Assembly: GCA_964106915.2 (NCBI GenBank) | Contig: OZ066924.1 | DNA from: Podarcis gaigeae | Lineage: Eukaryota | Reading direction: 5' to 3' (one strand) | Length of the DNA: 64,000 bases | Part shown: one piece after another, positions 1-12,155 of the stretch | Position numbering within the stretch: position 1 is the stretch's first letter | How the letters are laid out: each line of letters begins with the position of its first letter | Made by a program: the position numbers and the translations under genes | Notes under the pieces: generated by a model | What the model was told of the DNA's origin: nothing | Database searches by the model: none | Seen by the model: the letters and a program-made list of their open reading frames with translations, nothing else

Positions 1-141
1 CTCCTGGATTATTTACACTACAAAACATGATAAAACAATTATAAATTGATTTTTAGAGTCTATGATAAATGAATGTGTTCCTCAACTGCTTATTAAATGT
101 GACCATCATAAAAGTGTTAGGGCCTACTCTTCACCTACCCA

Positions 142-348
142 GAGTGCCTCTGTCCATGATAATACAGAACTGCTTACATGATAGGAAGCAGAGTCAATGA
201 CAAATTGAACCTGGGGTCTTCTGAATGTAAAGCATGTGCTATGCCTTGAGATGTGGTCCTTCTCCTTCATGGGGAATAGACCACAGTTGTCATTGACTCT
301 GCTTCCTATCATGTAAGCAGTCCTGCATTATCATGGACAGAGGCACTC
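142..348. repeat. 62-bp inverted repeat (arms 142-203 and 287-348) around a decayed tRNA-SINE head
   Basis: Arms are reverse complements at 60/62 positions. Confidence 0.95.
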
Positions 349-1093
349 AAATGTGGTTCTGTCATCTCTTTCTTAGGTTATATTACAACCCCACAAACTT
401 TAAAAAGAAAAAAAGTATTGCCAAATTGGAAGAACGAGCATTTTTATACTGAACAGTGGTGTAGTGGTAAACTTTTAGTGCAGGAGCTTGTCAGGACTGC
501 CCCCAAACTTCCTAACACTGGGTGTGTATGAAGCAGAAAACAGTTTATAGTAAAAAGAGGCAATTTGTATGTAATACTAAAACACTGACATGTAAAGCTC
601 AGCAGGGAAAAACACTAGAGTAATACAATTTGCCAGTTTTTTGCCTCATATCATAAAGCTACAAGTAACATGAACTTTATAACTGTTGGTATCAATCTCT
701 ACATAACCTTTTAGATGTCCATACATATATATGTTTAACTTTTGATGCCTGTGTATCTAACTTAGTTGCAGTTTCAAAGTTTCAAAGGCAGTAGCCTTTG
801 TGCCACCTCCTCTATTGGTGTGCTAAGGGAGAAAGGCTTAAGGTCTCCCAAGACCTTACTCACTCAGCTTAAAAGGAAACAAGCCAGCACATTTGCAAGG
901 TAAACAAAAGACCTTCCTTTCCAATGCAGCACCATGGTGTGTGGGTGGGTGTGCGCGTGCATGTGATTTCTTTCTGCAAACTTTGGCCATGCCCAACATG
1001 GACATACCACCCTCAAGGGGTTGGCCCACAGTTGATGTGGCCTTCAAGACAGAAAGGGTTAAGCAGACTTTCACTTAAACAACTACAACATAC

Positions 1094-1183
1094 CACTAGT
1101 GATGCATCAGTTTCTGTATTTTCTTCCAAATAATCTAACAGTGCCTTTTGCAGTTGCTGGATTTCATCATCCCCTCCTGAGAC
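1094..1183 (-). CDS. NIPBL: NIPBL exon 25 (VSGGDDEIQQLQKALLDYLEENTETDASLV)
   Basis: 90 nt, tacag/gtatgt. Confidence 0.96.
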
Positions 1184-1751
1184 CTGTAATACACAATATA
1201 TTTTAAATAAAATTCACACCCTTTCCAATATCAGAACACACTAACTTGGATCAATTTGATCTAAACACACTTTAAAGTAAACAAATTACAAAACACACCG
1301 GGAGCATCAATATGTCACACACAACATGTTAACACACAACAAAAATAAAAGGTATCAAACAAAGTCGTCATACGCACAATCAATTAGTAGCAAGTGTGTG
1401 AAACACCATCTCCCAGCAAACCTGTTGGGCTGCTCCTTCTGCAGCAAATTTTTATTTTGCCATGAAATTAAATGTTGTCTCTTCCCCCTCACCCTCCACC
1501 TCCCACATCACCCCAGCTAACAGCTGGATGCTCCCAGAGGCAACTGCCACAAACTTATATTTTAAGGGTAAATTAATCAAAATGAGAGGTCAAAAGCACT
1601 CTTGATTTTTGAGAGTAACACAAAGAAGAAATCTCACAATGCTATTTTTCTCATTAGTGTTTTGTATGGGATGTTACTCCAAATATTTTATGGACACTAA
1701 TCTCTACACTGAAACCTGCATTAAAATAATCAACAATAGCTTCACTCAAAC

Positions 1752-1895
1752 CTGTTTTAAAATTCGAGCTATAGATCCTTGATCCATTTTGCTAGTGACT
1801 GCATCTTTCCGCAGCCGTGCTGCTACAGTACCAAGATAGTCGAGTGATGCCACCCTCAAAGCCATCTCTGTAGATTTATTACTGAATTGATGGAC
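1752..1895 (-). CDS. NIPBL: NIPBL exon 24 (VHQFSNKSTEMALRVASLDYLG...ARILKQ)
   Basis: 144 nt, cttag/gtttga. Confidence 0.96.
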
Positions 1896-2480
1896 CTAAG
1901 AAAATGAAAGAAAAAAATATATAAACTTCATTTTTATTCCCCTCACATTTCAAGACAATATTGCTTGATCCTCTCCTACAATAATGGGAAGAGTTCAGTA
2001 ACATTATTTAGCATTTCACATATAATTCAGGCCACTTCAGATCAAAAGCCTGAACTTCCCCATCCTCTCTCCATTTGTCAGAAAATTTCTTCTGCTTCTC
2101 ATTTAGCATATCTTTACAGTTGACCAACATTAACTCAAGGATATTTCAAACATAGCTTTTGAAATCTGGAGTCCATTTCTGTAACCATGTTTAACACTGG
2201 TGAGACTTAACATGGAACAGTGATAATAGAGCAGGAGGGAGAAGAATTCAAAGTCTTGAAGAAGAAATGATAGGAAAAGGAGTGAAATTGCCTGTTCTTC
2301 ATCCCTCATCCTATTTAAGGATCACTCTTATATTAAGTCTTCACCAGCTCAAAGTGCATTGCACTGCATGCAACATGCAGATTCAGTACAATAAGACTAT
2401 TTTCACAACTTACATCAAAATAAGCAAGCCATTATTAAAAGTGAAGCAGAATTATTGCTTCAAAAATCCAAGCATCTTAC

Positions 2481-2613
2481 CAACAGTCTTCCCAATAGAC
2501 TAAGTAGTAACTCCGCAGCTGGCCATTCTGGTTTGTTGACCGTGGAAAGGAGATCCTGAACAAAGTTCTCAAAGAGTGGCCTATAATCTTCTTCCCCTTG
2601 CTTGCTACCACAT
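2481..2613 (-). CDS. NIPBL: NIPBL exon 23 (CGSKQGEEDYRPLFENF...LLGRLL)
   Basis: 133 nt, aacag/gtaaga. Confidence 0.97.
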
Positions 2614-2992
2614 CTGTTTGAAGAAAGCAATGAAAAGGGGAAAATAAGACATAATGAATTCACCTTTCAATCAATTCTAGATTTTTCTTTTACATTTTAA
2701 GTGAGAATTTTCTGGCACTATATATATATAATCATAAATTTGGAACAATATAACAGTAATAAGCCTGATAATCACACCTGGGAGAAGAAGTATGCCTTAA
2801 CATCATTTTGATGCCAGGTTAATGAGCGCTAAATATAAAAGAATTATAGAATTGTAAGAGCTTAATAAGGGAGGTAAGGGTAATATTTAGCATGATCCCT
2901 GCCTCTTGAGCAAGTGGAAGGAGACAAAGCCCTGCATGGACAGCAACACAGAAATAAAACTTATAACAGATGAACAGTTGAATTCTACTCAC

Positions 2993-3075
2993 TTCTTGAG
3001 AAAAATGGAAAGGAAGTTTTGTGCTGTTCTCATGGCTGTTTCATATGAGTTTGTAATGAGGACATCCTGGTCCAC
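2993..3075 (-). CDS. NIPBL: NIPBL exon 22 (VDQDVLITNSYETAMRTAQNFLSIFLK)
   Basis: 83 nt, ttcag/gtgagt. Confidence 0.97.
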
Positions 3076-3214
3076 CTGAAAATGAACACAGCGCCTGCTT
3101 ACTGAATGTGTGTTGTGATTTATACAACAGCAAGTATAATACATACGTTTCTCAACTATGGACAAGGAGATGCAACCTTGCAATCACTTTTGAGTCTCAT
3201 GAACATGAACAATA

Positions 3215-3719
3215 CCGTATTTACTTGAACCTAACGCTCACCTTTTTTGGACAAATTACACTTTGAAAATTAAGGAGACCGTTAGATTTGATGGCACATT
3301 TACTATATTGGCCTGAATATAAGCCACACCCGAATATAAACCGCACCTTTAGAATTGAAAAAATAAATACCCAAATATAAGCTGCTCCCTTTCTCCCTGC
3401 TCCTGGCTACATACTGGAGGGGGGGGTGCATTGCTGGCAGCCTTTCCCCTTCCTCGCTCTCTCCTTCCTGGTCTTGGGGGAGAGGACGGGGAACTACGTG
3501 CAAGGTGGGCGCTGTTTGCCCTGCGCTCCTGGATGCATACCGTAAGCTTGCGAATATAAGCTGCACTTTAACTTTTCATGGTTGGAATTTGGGGGGAAAG
3601 TGAGGCTTAAATTCAGGCCAATACAGTACATTCACCAGCAAATACTTTTTTTGTTTTCAATGTTCTGGAAATTGAGGTGCTCATTAGATTCAATGGTGCA
3701 TTAGACTCAGTATATACGC
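3215..3719. mobile_element. Tc2/pogo-like non-autonomous element (outer, interrupted)
   Basis: TA-flanked, imperfect TIR CCGTATTTAC.../...GTATATACGC. Confidence 0.55.
3303..3626. mobile_element. Tc2/pogo-like MITE (inner, nested)
   Basis: TIR CTATATTGGCCTGAATATAAGCC / GGCTTAAATTCAGGCCAATACAG, TA on both sides. Confidence 0.75.
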
Positions 3720-4088
3720 TACTTCATTAACTTAAAAACAAAATATAATTCACTCAGCCAATGAACACTGTGATCAAATAACTCAACCTCAGTTAACACA
3801 GTTAGTTGAATATTCAATTCTCACAGTTCTTTCAGTCTATCTGCTCTGTTGCCCAGGTTCACTTTTCTTCCTCTATGATATATTGTGTTTACTTGCTTCC
3901 TCTCTCTTCAGTGCCTTTTCAACTTCTTCAAGTGTCACCAACTGACATTTCCCCCTTTGCTCTTTCCCCACATTCCATGCCAGACCCATCACTGGCCCAG
4001 CATTCCATGAATTCATTATGATAATGGTAAGAACTATATGAACATATGCTAAATACATATATCTTCATAAATCTAAAGCATTTTTCAC

Positions 4089-4227
4089 CTTCTTATTTGA
4101 CTCCTCTTCAGAATTAGAGTCCTTCTCGCCTGATGGTAGATGCACAACACACTGAATTAGTTGTAGCACCAGTGCGGTCACCATTTGAATATACATAGGT
4201 TCACCATCAGTGTCGCTGCTGTTCAGT
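4089..4227 (-). CDS. NIPBL: NIPBL exon 21 (LNSSDTDGEPMYIQMVTAL...EESNKK)
   Basis: 139 nt, aacag/gtgaaa. Confidence 0.96.
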
Positions 4228-4474
4228 CTGTTGAAAAACACAAACCTATTTTACTAATGTTAAAAATGAACCCAGTGGAAAACACTAAAACCCTTGGCAT
4301 TTTTTTCCAATGGCTTCAATTATTACAATGATCTCAAATCTTATTCCCACAATAGAGATGTGGTTTCGCATTCAAACTAAGCAATAAGCTTCCCCCAAAG
4401 AGCAGTAAATTTCTGGAACAAAAGTTGATCCAACAGAAGTGTATCACTTTACTTTGCAGCTACATGATTTAAGC

Positions 4475-4903
4475 CAGGGATGGGAACTTTTTTCCTCTAC
4501 AGCCCAGCTTGACTACAAGCAAGGATGTAGAGGAAGACCCCTGACAAAAGCAAGACTTGGAGTTGATGCTGAATTCAAGTCCCACTTTCAGCATGCATCA
4601 ACTGCATGTGAAAGCTTTGGATCAGGAACCCCAGTGGAGACTGCAGTCACCACCCATGAGTTACGACAGCAACCCACAACTTCAGAAGGGATCGGCAGCT
4701 CCCAAGTGCTATGGAACAATTGGGAGTGCACTTCAAGGCTTTTGGTTGTTCATGTGCAGTAATGTCTTTACCTGTCCTAAACCTAATACTGGGTGTAGAT
4801 ACAGATTGACAGGAGGTGTATGGCATGGGGAAAACAGCCTTGTAGGCCAAACAAGACCTGCTGGGTCTAATTTGGTCTGCAGGCCAAACTTTCCCCATGC
4901 CTG
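4475..4903. mobile_element. hAT non-autonomous element
   Basis: Perfect 8-bp TSD ATTTAAGC (4467-4474, 4904-4911); CAGG...CCTG ends. Confidence 0.8.
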
Positions 4904-5473
4904 ATTTAAGCATTGCTGCCTCACACTCATACATCTCCTTCCTTCAATGTTATCCCACCCTTCCTTTATAGCATTCAGAGTGGCATGCTTTGCATGGCTT
5001 GATCCTATGCTATGCCCCACCCCTCTTTTGTCATCTCATCAAATCTGTGATTTAGGTTGGGCTGTAATAGTAGCTGGAGCAGGTCACCCAGGGAATTCCA
5101 TGGTGGAGTGGGGATTGGAATAGATGCTTGTCTAGTCTTAGTCCACTAAACCTCACTGGCATTTCGTTAACCAATATTCAGTTAAGCCATATTAAAACAA
5201 AATTGAAAAGTTTCAAGCAAAAAGAAGGGGATGGTAAGAGTTTTCCCTCATCTGACATTTGATGTATTTTCTGCTCTCCCAACAGCCACAAACATTGTAT
5301 GCAAAATCTGAAATTGCACCTTAGATTCAAATCCCAACCCTGCAATTAAGCATACATAGTTTGGCTTAGCATGTCCCTTGAAGCAGGCAGTTAACAATAA
5401 AATGTCTTTTAAAAACCCAGACTTCTTCAAAAGATGGGAGGAAAGGGAGAGAGAAATTAGCACTGTACAGTAC

Positions 5474-5574
5474 CTGAAGTTCCTCAGACTTCTTTTGCTG
5501 GTTGGTAACCTTGCAAGTGAAGTGAAAATTTCTTCTAATATCAACTGCCTATGCTTTTCATATCTTGAGAAGAC
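5474..5574 (-). CDS. NIPBL: NIPBL exon 20 (VFSRYEKHRQLILEEIF...SLRNF)
   Basis: 101 nt, ttcag/gtactg. Confidence 0.97.
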
Positions 5575-5911
5575 CTGAAAAAAATTCATTATGGTTATTA
5601 TATGTATTTTATTTCCTGTTTATTTTGCTGTCCAAAATACAAACTGTTTTACAAACACACATACACACTTATTAAAACATAAAGTTATTTTCCTATTACC
5701 AATCAATATCTATAGCCAAGAGGTATGAATCCAGAAAAGTGGTATTAATGTAAATGTATTAAATGGTTTAAAATTATTTTGGAAAAGGTACTACTAACAT
5801 CAGTTTAAGAGAGTTGAAAATACCAACTCAAATTGTTTTCTAAGTAAACTTTCAAACCTAGTGAGGCTCACCAAGTTGTTCACACACTGAGCCATCAGGC
5901 AGGACAAATTA

Positions 5912-6332
5912 CCGTACTTTTTCGTGAATAAGACAAGGTTTTTTTACTCTAAAATAATGTTAAAAATCTGGGGTCGTCTTATACATGCATAGTGCAGAGG
6001 GGAGATGGGCTATTGGTTGCAGCCACGAGCAGGAGCTTGTCAGCGGCGATTTGGTGGGTGACTGGTGGCTGCGGCAAGGGCTGCTGTGGATTGGCTGTCG
6101 CTGCGGCAATTGGGCGTGCGAATGCCGGCTTCTGTCGGCAAGCGAACAGACGCTTTGTGGCTTTGGCGACACTTGCGATTTGTAGCATTTGTCAGTCGAG
6201 TTAGTGATTTTTGGCACTCCCCCCAAAAAAGCTCAGCAACCCTAGGCAATCCCTCCCATTTTCTTACATTGGAGTCCCCCAAAATAGAGGTCGTCTTATA
6301 CATGGGGGCGTGTTATACATGGAAAAATACAG
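5912..6332. mobile_element. Tc2/pogo-like MITE, CpG-rich interior
   Basis: TA|CCGTACTTTTTC ... GAAAAATACAG|TA; repeated GTCGTCTTATAC subterminal motif. Confidence 0.75.
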
Positions 6333-6883
6333 TAGCTGCTTTAAAGCTGCTGTCCTAATCTACACTGCTTCAAAAGAAATTAAAAATCAGACCAATCTGC
6401 ATTTGCTATAGCAATGAGATTTCTCTCTCAGGGATATCTCCTTGTAGGTTTTCAGCTGCTCTCAGCATGCCCCAAATCAAGTTAGTATCCCATCATAGAC
6501 ACATCAGACATGGTCTCAGTAACATAATTCCTTAACCCTTTCCTACTATCAAAGCAATAGATTTGTTTGATCGGCAGTGCTCCTGCCAGCATATCCTTCC
6601 TTCTAACAATTAAGGTAAATAATGGTGTGAAAGATCAGTGGCGTTGTTATACTTTTCTCACAAACCAGCTGCAATCTGGGTTATGAGGCAAAGCTTAGTG
6701 GGAAGTAGTTCAGTGGGGAAAAGAACCTGTTGCCAGGCAAAGTTAGAAGTGAGGGCATGATCAGGACCAGATTAAGTAATTCATGAATGTCACCCCCCCA
6801 CAAAAGTTCCTTAAAAAACCAACAACAATACCAGAAGTCATTCATTTCTTTACAATTAAATATTGGTTAAAAGGTGTGCTTAC

Positions 6884-6964
6884 TGCAGTGACAAGTTTGA
6901 TGGCGCATAACTGAAGTTCACTGACATTTTCTACAAAAAAAGGTGTTATCCCCATTGAAGAAAC
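6884..6964 (-). CDS. NIPBL: NIPBL exon 19 (VSSMGITPFFVENVSELQLCAIKLVTA)
   Basis: 81 nt, aatag/gtaagc. Confidence 0.97.
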
Positions 6965-7397
6965 CTATTAACAGAAAAGGAAATATATACATAAATTCTC
7001 ATAATACTTGATAAACGAAAATAATATCTTTTCAACAGAAAAAGACCTCTGATCATCATCTTTTTAATTGTGTTCTCCAGTTCCCATACTAGTTGCAGTA
7101 GCATACAACAGGGATGAAAAGCACCTCAGATTTAAGACAGAAAAACACATTTGTTTTCCTTGGGTATTTTGTAGTCATTGTTCTTCAAAGATTCATATAT
7201 TTTCCATATCATATATATTCATAACTGACTGTCCAAGTTGCCTTATAAAACAATTTTTAAAATCTAGTAGCTTAAATTTAAGAAGTTTCATCATTACTGC
7301 TTGTAAAAGAAAAAAAAAATCCACTGGAGAAGAACTTTAGACCTGTGTGTGTGTGCAGAAGGGGAAGAGAAATCTGGATAAAATGGATCAAACTTAC

Positions 7398-7549
7398 CTG
7401 AAGAATAGTGGTGTCAGTAAGAAGCTGTATCTCCAATAGTTCAGCCAAACTGCTAACAATATCACAAATTTTGTTGTATAACATCACAATTACTCTTTGC
7501 TTATGGGTAGAACACTTGGCACGCTTTGCTTTTGAGCTTAACACACCAC
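7398..7549 (-). CDS. NIPBL: NIPBL exon 18 (GGVLSSKAKRAK...TDTTILQ)
   Basis: 152 nt, actag/gtaagt. Confidence 0.97.
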
Positions 7550-7666
7550 CTAGTAAATTTTAAAACAAGACACATTTTTTAGAAATTTAGCATAATGCAA
7601 CCATATTAGATATAAAGCTGCTCCTCACCAAGCTCATATATTTCTCTTATCTCCTAAGATGAAATA

Positions 7667-7897
7667 CAGTGGTACCTCGGGTTACAAACACCTTGGGTTA
7701 TAAAAAATTTGGGTTACAAACTCCGCTAACCCAGAAGTAGTACCTTGGGTTAAGAACTTTGCCCTAGGATGAGAACAGAAATTGTGCATCGGCAGCGGGA
7801 GGCCCCATTAGCTAAAGTGGTACGTCAGGTTAAGAACAGTTTCAGGTTAAGAACGGACATTCGGAACAAATTAAGTTCGTAACCAGAGGTACCACTG
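7667..7897. mobile_element. Tc1/mariner (Tigger-like) MITE, family A copy 1
   Basis: TIR CAGTGGTACCTC/GAGGTACCACTG, TA TSD. Confidence 0.9.
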
Positions 7898-8259
7898 TAT
7901 AGTTAACCAAGTTGACTATAATAAATCAAGTTGATTGCATGTATTGTATGTATGAGAGGAGAGAGACCTTTTGAAGGGAACACTTAATGAAGCTTTTACA
8001 CAATTAAGTATGCAAATTAAATTTACTCAAATCAATTATGACAGGACACCAAATAATTTCAGACTGTTCAAATCCCGACAGGATTTTCCCATAGTCAAAA
8101 TTTTCAGGGAAAATGCAACTTATACTTTAAGTTGCAGTTGGCACAGCTACCAATGGGAACCCTCTAAAGCACAAGCCAGTATTTTGAAAAATACAAGAAG
8201 AGCATAATGAAAAAGAAAATAGACCGCTGTGATGTGCTTTGCATGGGTCTCTCAACAGC

Positions 8260-8497
8260 TATACATCACTAGATCAGCTAGCAGCTATCAATGTCTGCTA
8301 GCTGCAATGTCCACACAGTTGGAAGCAATAGGCTTCTCAATACCAGTTGCTGGAAACCACAGGAGGAGATGGTGGTATTGTGTTCAGATTCTGCTTGAGG
8401 GCTTCCCATGGGCATCTGATTGGTAACTTTGAGCACATGATGCTGGACGAGATGAACCACTGGTCTGTTCCAGCAAGGCCATTCATATGTTCTTATG
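8260..8497 (+). mobile_element. CR1-type LINE 3' end remnant
   Basis: Ends ...CCAGCAAGGCCATTCATATGTTCTTATG; similar to the inverse of the 34297 copy; 5' boundary approximate. Confidence 0.55.
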
Positions 8498-8569
8498 GGG
8501 CTGTCCTTTCAATTGCTCCAAAATGAGCTGCCAGGTAGTCAATCAAATTGTTTTACACTTGTCTGAGCT

Positions 8570-8810
8570 TCACTTGTTGCCAGTCTCAATTCAAGGTATT
8601 GATAGTGACCTTTAAAACTCCCAAGCAATCTGGGACCAGAATATCAAGAGTTCCCTTTCTTCCATTACATCACATATACTTGGCAGTATTAATTTATTTT
8701 ACCCTCTCTAGCCCTCACAGATCTCTCTCTATATTTTTAAATTTGTTGTTGGCAGACACTCTGGGCACACCAGTGGTGGAACAGAAAGGCGGGATATCAA
8801 TACTTTAAAC
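8570..8810 (+). mobile_element. L2-like LINE 3' remnant
   Basis: CAATTCAAGGTATTGATAGTGACCTTTAAA (QFKVLIVTFK), same motif as at 36590; boundaries approximate. Confidence 0.5.
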
Positions 8811-8889
8811 AAAATATATCTAAGTAAAGCTGAAAAATGCATACTTTACATTAGAGTGGTTGGGGAAACCCAGCCAGATGGGGTCTAAA

Positions 8890-8931
8890 GGAGGAGGAGG
8901 AGGAGGAAGAGGAGGAGGAGGAGGAGGAGGA
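8890..8931. repeat. (GGA)n microsatellite
   Basis: Direct reading; one GAA interruption. Confidence 0.95.
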
Positions 8932-9014
8932 AGGGATGATGATTTTGGATCTTCCTGTATATTGTCTACAATAGCATGATTTCAAAAAGCAAGAAATATA
9001 TCTGTTATACTAAC

Positions 9015-9246
9015 CACCATGAGGGTCCAATCGGTAAACAGGATCATACTGAGGATAAAGTGTGTTCTGTAAGTGAAATTTAGTGTATTGAATAACTCTT
9101 TCTATTACATCTTCAATATATACAGCTTTGGGCATGTTGGGTGATGTCATAATGTTGATAGCTGTAAGACAGGCATCTGCAGATTTTGTGACTCTCTCCA
9201 TGATCAAGTCTCTCCATAATCTTTCCTCATCTTCAGTGTCGTTATT
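9015..9246 (-). CDS. NIPBL: NIPBL exon 17 (NNDTEDEERLWRDLIMERV...RLDPHG)
   Basis: 232 nt, tgcag/gttagt. Confidence 0.97.
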
Positions 9247-9968
9247 CTGCAGAAAAATTCAGAGTGCTAAGTTTAAAAGAAAACATTTTTTAAAAGCAAT
9301 CAGAGACAATAAATGTGAGCAAAGTTTACGCAGAAATAGTTAATATATCAATATGAAAAAGTTTAGTGATTACTTATATTTTAAAACCTCCCAAAAGCCA
9401 AATACAAACCAGGAATCTCTGTGCTATATTGCACAATGCTACAATCTCAGAAAAACCCTTCCTGAAGTACAGTTGCCAACTTTTTCACCAGCTGTGCTCT
9501 TGCGTCTAATCAGCCAGGGCTTTTTTCTGGTTAGTAAGCCTCACCCAAAATGACCCTGCAGAATGACAACAGTGAGTGAGGCTCACACTATTCATGGCAG
9601 TATTGGAGCCTTACTCAGTATTTCTTCATCCATTGAGATAAACTCTTATAGAACATCATTTCTGATAAAAAAAATTCTACTTTTTTCCATCTTCTGTTAA
9701 CCAAGTAGGAAACCATGTCAGGAAGGAAGGATCAACACAAAAACAGAGAAAAGTCACTCTGGAAGAGCTCCTGTTCCAACTAAGGAATCTGAATTTCCAA
9801 TGCAAGTGCATTCAGCTATTTCCAGTAACAGGGAAGTAAGAGCATTACCTCCCTCTCAAAGTGGAAGGTAAACAAGTCACTCTAAAGTCTAATTCTGTGG
9901 AATCTAGCATGATGTGGATAAAGCATTATATAGAGGTCACAGCACTTTGCTACAGTATTCCTTTAGGC

Positions 9969-10154
9969 CAGGGGTTGTCAACATGGTCTCTAACGCCCAC
10001 AAGTGGGCGTTTCAGGATTCTAGGTGGGCAGTAGGAGGTTCTACGGTACAAGCTGAATCCTCCTTCCATTGAGAACTGGTGGGTGGTAAGGAAATTTTAC
10101 CATCAAGAAAGATGCATTAGTGGCCAGCAGGTATAAAAAGGTTGACTACCCCTG
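9969..10154. mobile_element. hAT (Charlie-like) MITE
   Basis: TIR CAGGGGTTGTCAAC/GTTGACTACCCCTG; 8-bp TSD CTTTAGGC/CTCTAGGC. Confidence 0.85.
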
Positions 10155-10360
10155 CTCTAGGCAAACCAACAGAAAGAGAAAAAATAGAATGTAGATCTTG
10201 ACACAGAAGTCAGTTAAGAAGTCAGTTACAATAATGGAAAACAGCCTTTGAGAACAAAAAACATGCAGACATATCACTGATTGAGAAATTAGAGCAATAT
10301 GCATGTATGTAAATTGTCCATCCCAAGCCTTCAGGTGAGTTTACATTTCAAAATAAAAAT

Positions 10361-10379
10361 TGGACACTAGAGGGCAGGC
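10361..10379 (+). promoter_or_regulatory. CTCF-like motif TGGACACTAGAGGGCAGGC
   Basis: Visual match to consensus TGGCCAC(C/T)AG(A/G)GGGCGC; motif only. Confidence 0.45.
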
Positions 10380-10589
10380 ATGTGCCAACTCTAGGCTTGA
10401 GAGTTCCAGAATTCCTGTTTTCCACAGATGCATCTTTAGACTTTATACTTTCAGTGTCAAATTCAAGAAAGGTAGCCACAGTCTTCTGCTAGAGTAAATA
10501 CAAATAGCCTTGGTTAGCATCTGTGATTCCCTCAGTATGTGCATTACTAAGTGAGCAAAAGCCTTTTGCACTGCAGCCACCAACATTAA

Positions 10590-10930
10590 GAAGGAAGAGT
10601 AGAAGAGGTCAGGGAGAAGGAAATGGAACGGGGCGAGGGGGGGGGGAGAGAGGGAAGGAAACAGATGTGAGGCAGAAAAATGTAACGAAATGGGATGCAC
10701 AGAAGCCTAGGTAATGGGAAGAGAGGGAATACAGAGGGAATACAGAAAAGTATATAGACTGCAGGGAGAACAGAAAGGTAACAAATGGGATACAAAGGTA
10801 TTTGGAAATGGGAGCAGAAAGTGGGGAGGCTAGAGAGGAGAATGCAGGTCTATGGTGGTATAAGGAAAGAGAAAAGTCTCTACTTGGAGAGAGATAATAA
10901 ACAGCAGTATGGGACATGGAGAAATGAAAG
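10590..10930. repeat. Purine-rich (GA) low-complexity tract
   Basis: Strong A/G skew on the + strand. Confidence 0.7.
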
Positions 10931-11330
10931 GTCAAAAAATTAGCTAAAGAGAACACTGGTTAGTTAAAATTATAACATGATGCTTGTCTTCAGTTAATGT
11001 ATCAGTGATGTCCTGTTGATAAAATATAAACAAATCCTTTGTGGTTATTTGAGTTGTGCATACCTAGACTAGTGGAACCTCTATTTCAATTTAAAGAGGC
11101 TCTCTGTAAAAATGACTTCCTACTTAGATTAGATACTATTTTCTCTATGTGACATTCTCAGCTGAGGTTGGTAACAATGTCACAGTATACTCCATGCCAT
11201 CTGAACCAGCCTTATTAGGATTCCTCAAGTACAGTCTCCAGTTCAGAAGGAGAGCTGGAGAGGCTATTTCTAGCCTCTCAATTAATGTATAAAATAAATA
11301 CAATGATACTAGCATCATTTAGCAACTTAC

Positions 11331-11417
11331 ATGGTTGAGAAGAGTAGAAAGCTTTGAACCATCTTGAATATTCTTCTCCAATATGTTCAGGACTTTCACT
11401 GTTTTTTCTGTTGAAAG
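11331..11417 (-). CDS. NIPBL: NIPBL exon 16 (LSTEKTVKVLNILEKNIQDGSKLSTLLNH)
   Basis: 87 nt, tttag/gtaagt. Confidence 0.96.
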
Positions 11418-12051
11418 CTAAAAACAGAACATTTTATCTACCAATTATCCTTCATGGATATGATAATCTCTATGTCCACCATTTGGACTTATAAACAGAG
11501 TAGTGTCTTTCATCCTCAAATTGTGTATCCTTCCTTTCACTTGCCAATTAAAAAAGTAATGGCTCCAAATAAAATTGGAAGTAGTTCAGCTCAAGGTTAG
11601 GATTTGGAGGGCAGGGACTGTCTCCTAGTGCCCAGACAGAGCTCGGACTAGACTGCAGGCAACTCTCAAGTTACATTGGGATTACGGTCCAGATAGCGCC
11701 TAAAGCCAGAATAATGTATCATCAAAACCCATGGGGTTCTTGAGTGGGTAGTCTTCCCAAACAGGTTTTTCCGGGATGCTCACCCCATTTTTCCATTTTT
11801 AAAATTTATTTTAATTTCTTAATTTGCCAAGAGCATAAAGCTGAATAAGTTGTGAGTTACCAAAACAAATAACAAATCTCTCTGTATTTAACTGACAGCA
11901 GACACTTGTCTTTTACGTTTTGTCCCAAATGCCCTGGAGATTAAAAGACCTCTCAGATAACATCTCTTCCAGATGAAAAATATTTGTTGAAGAATCCCTC
12001 TGTGAACAAAAATCTGCTGCACTCTTCATTTTTAAGGCAGCAATAACTTAC

Positions 12052-12155
12052 CCTGTCCATAATGCCCATTGCCTTAATTTTAGCAGATTCACTGCCCAAT
12101 TCACTAAGTTGATGCTTTCCCAATAAAAACTCCTGAGGAATTTCATCATCGTCAC
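12052..12155 (-). CDS. NIPBL: NIPBL exon 15 (GDDDEIPQEFLLGKHQL...AMGIMDR)
   Basis: 104 nt, tttag/gtaagt. Confidence 0.96.

Noticed and set aside
5960-6411. Cluster of overlapping ORFs on both strands
   Set aside because: GC-rich interior of a MITE; few stop codons by composition
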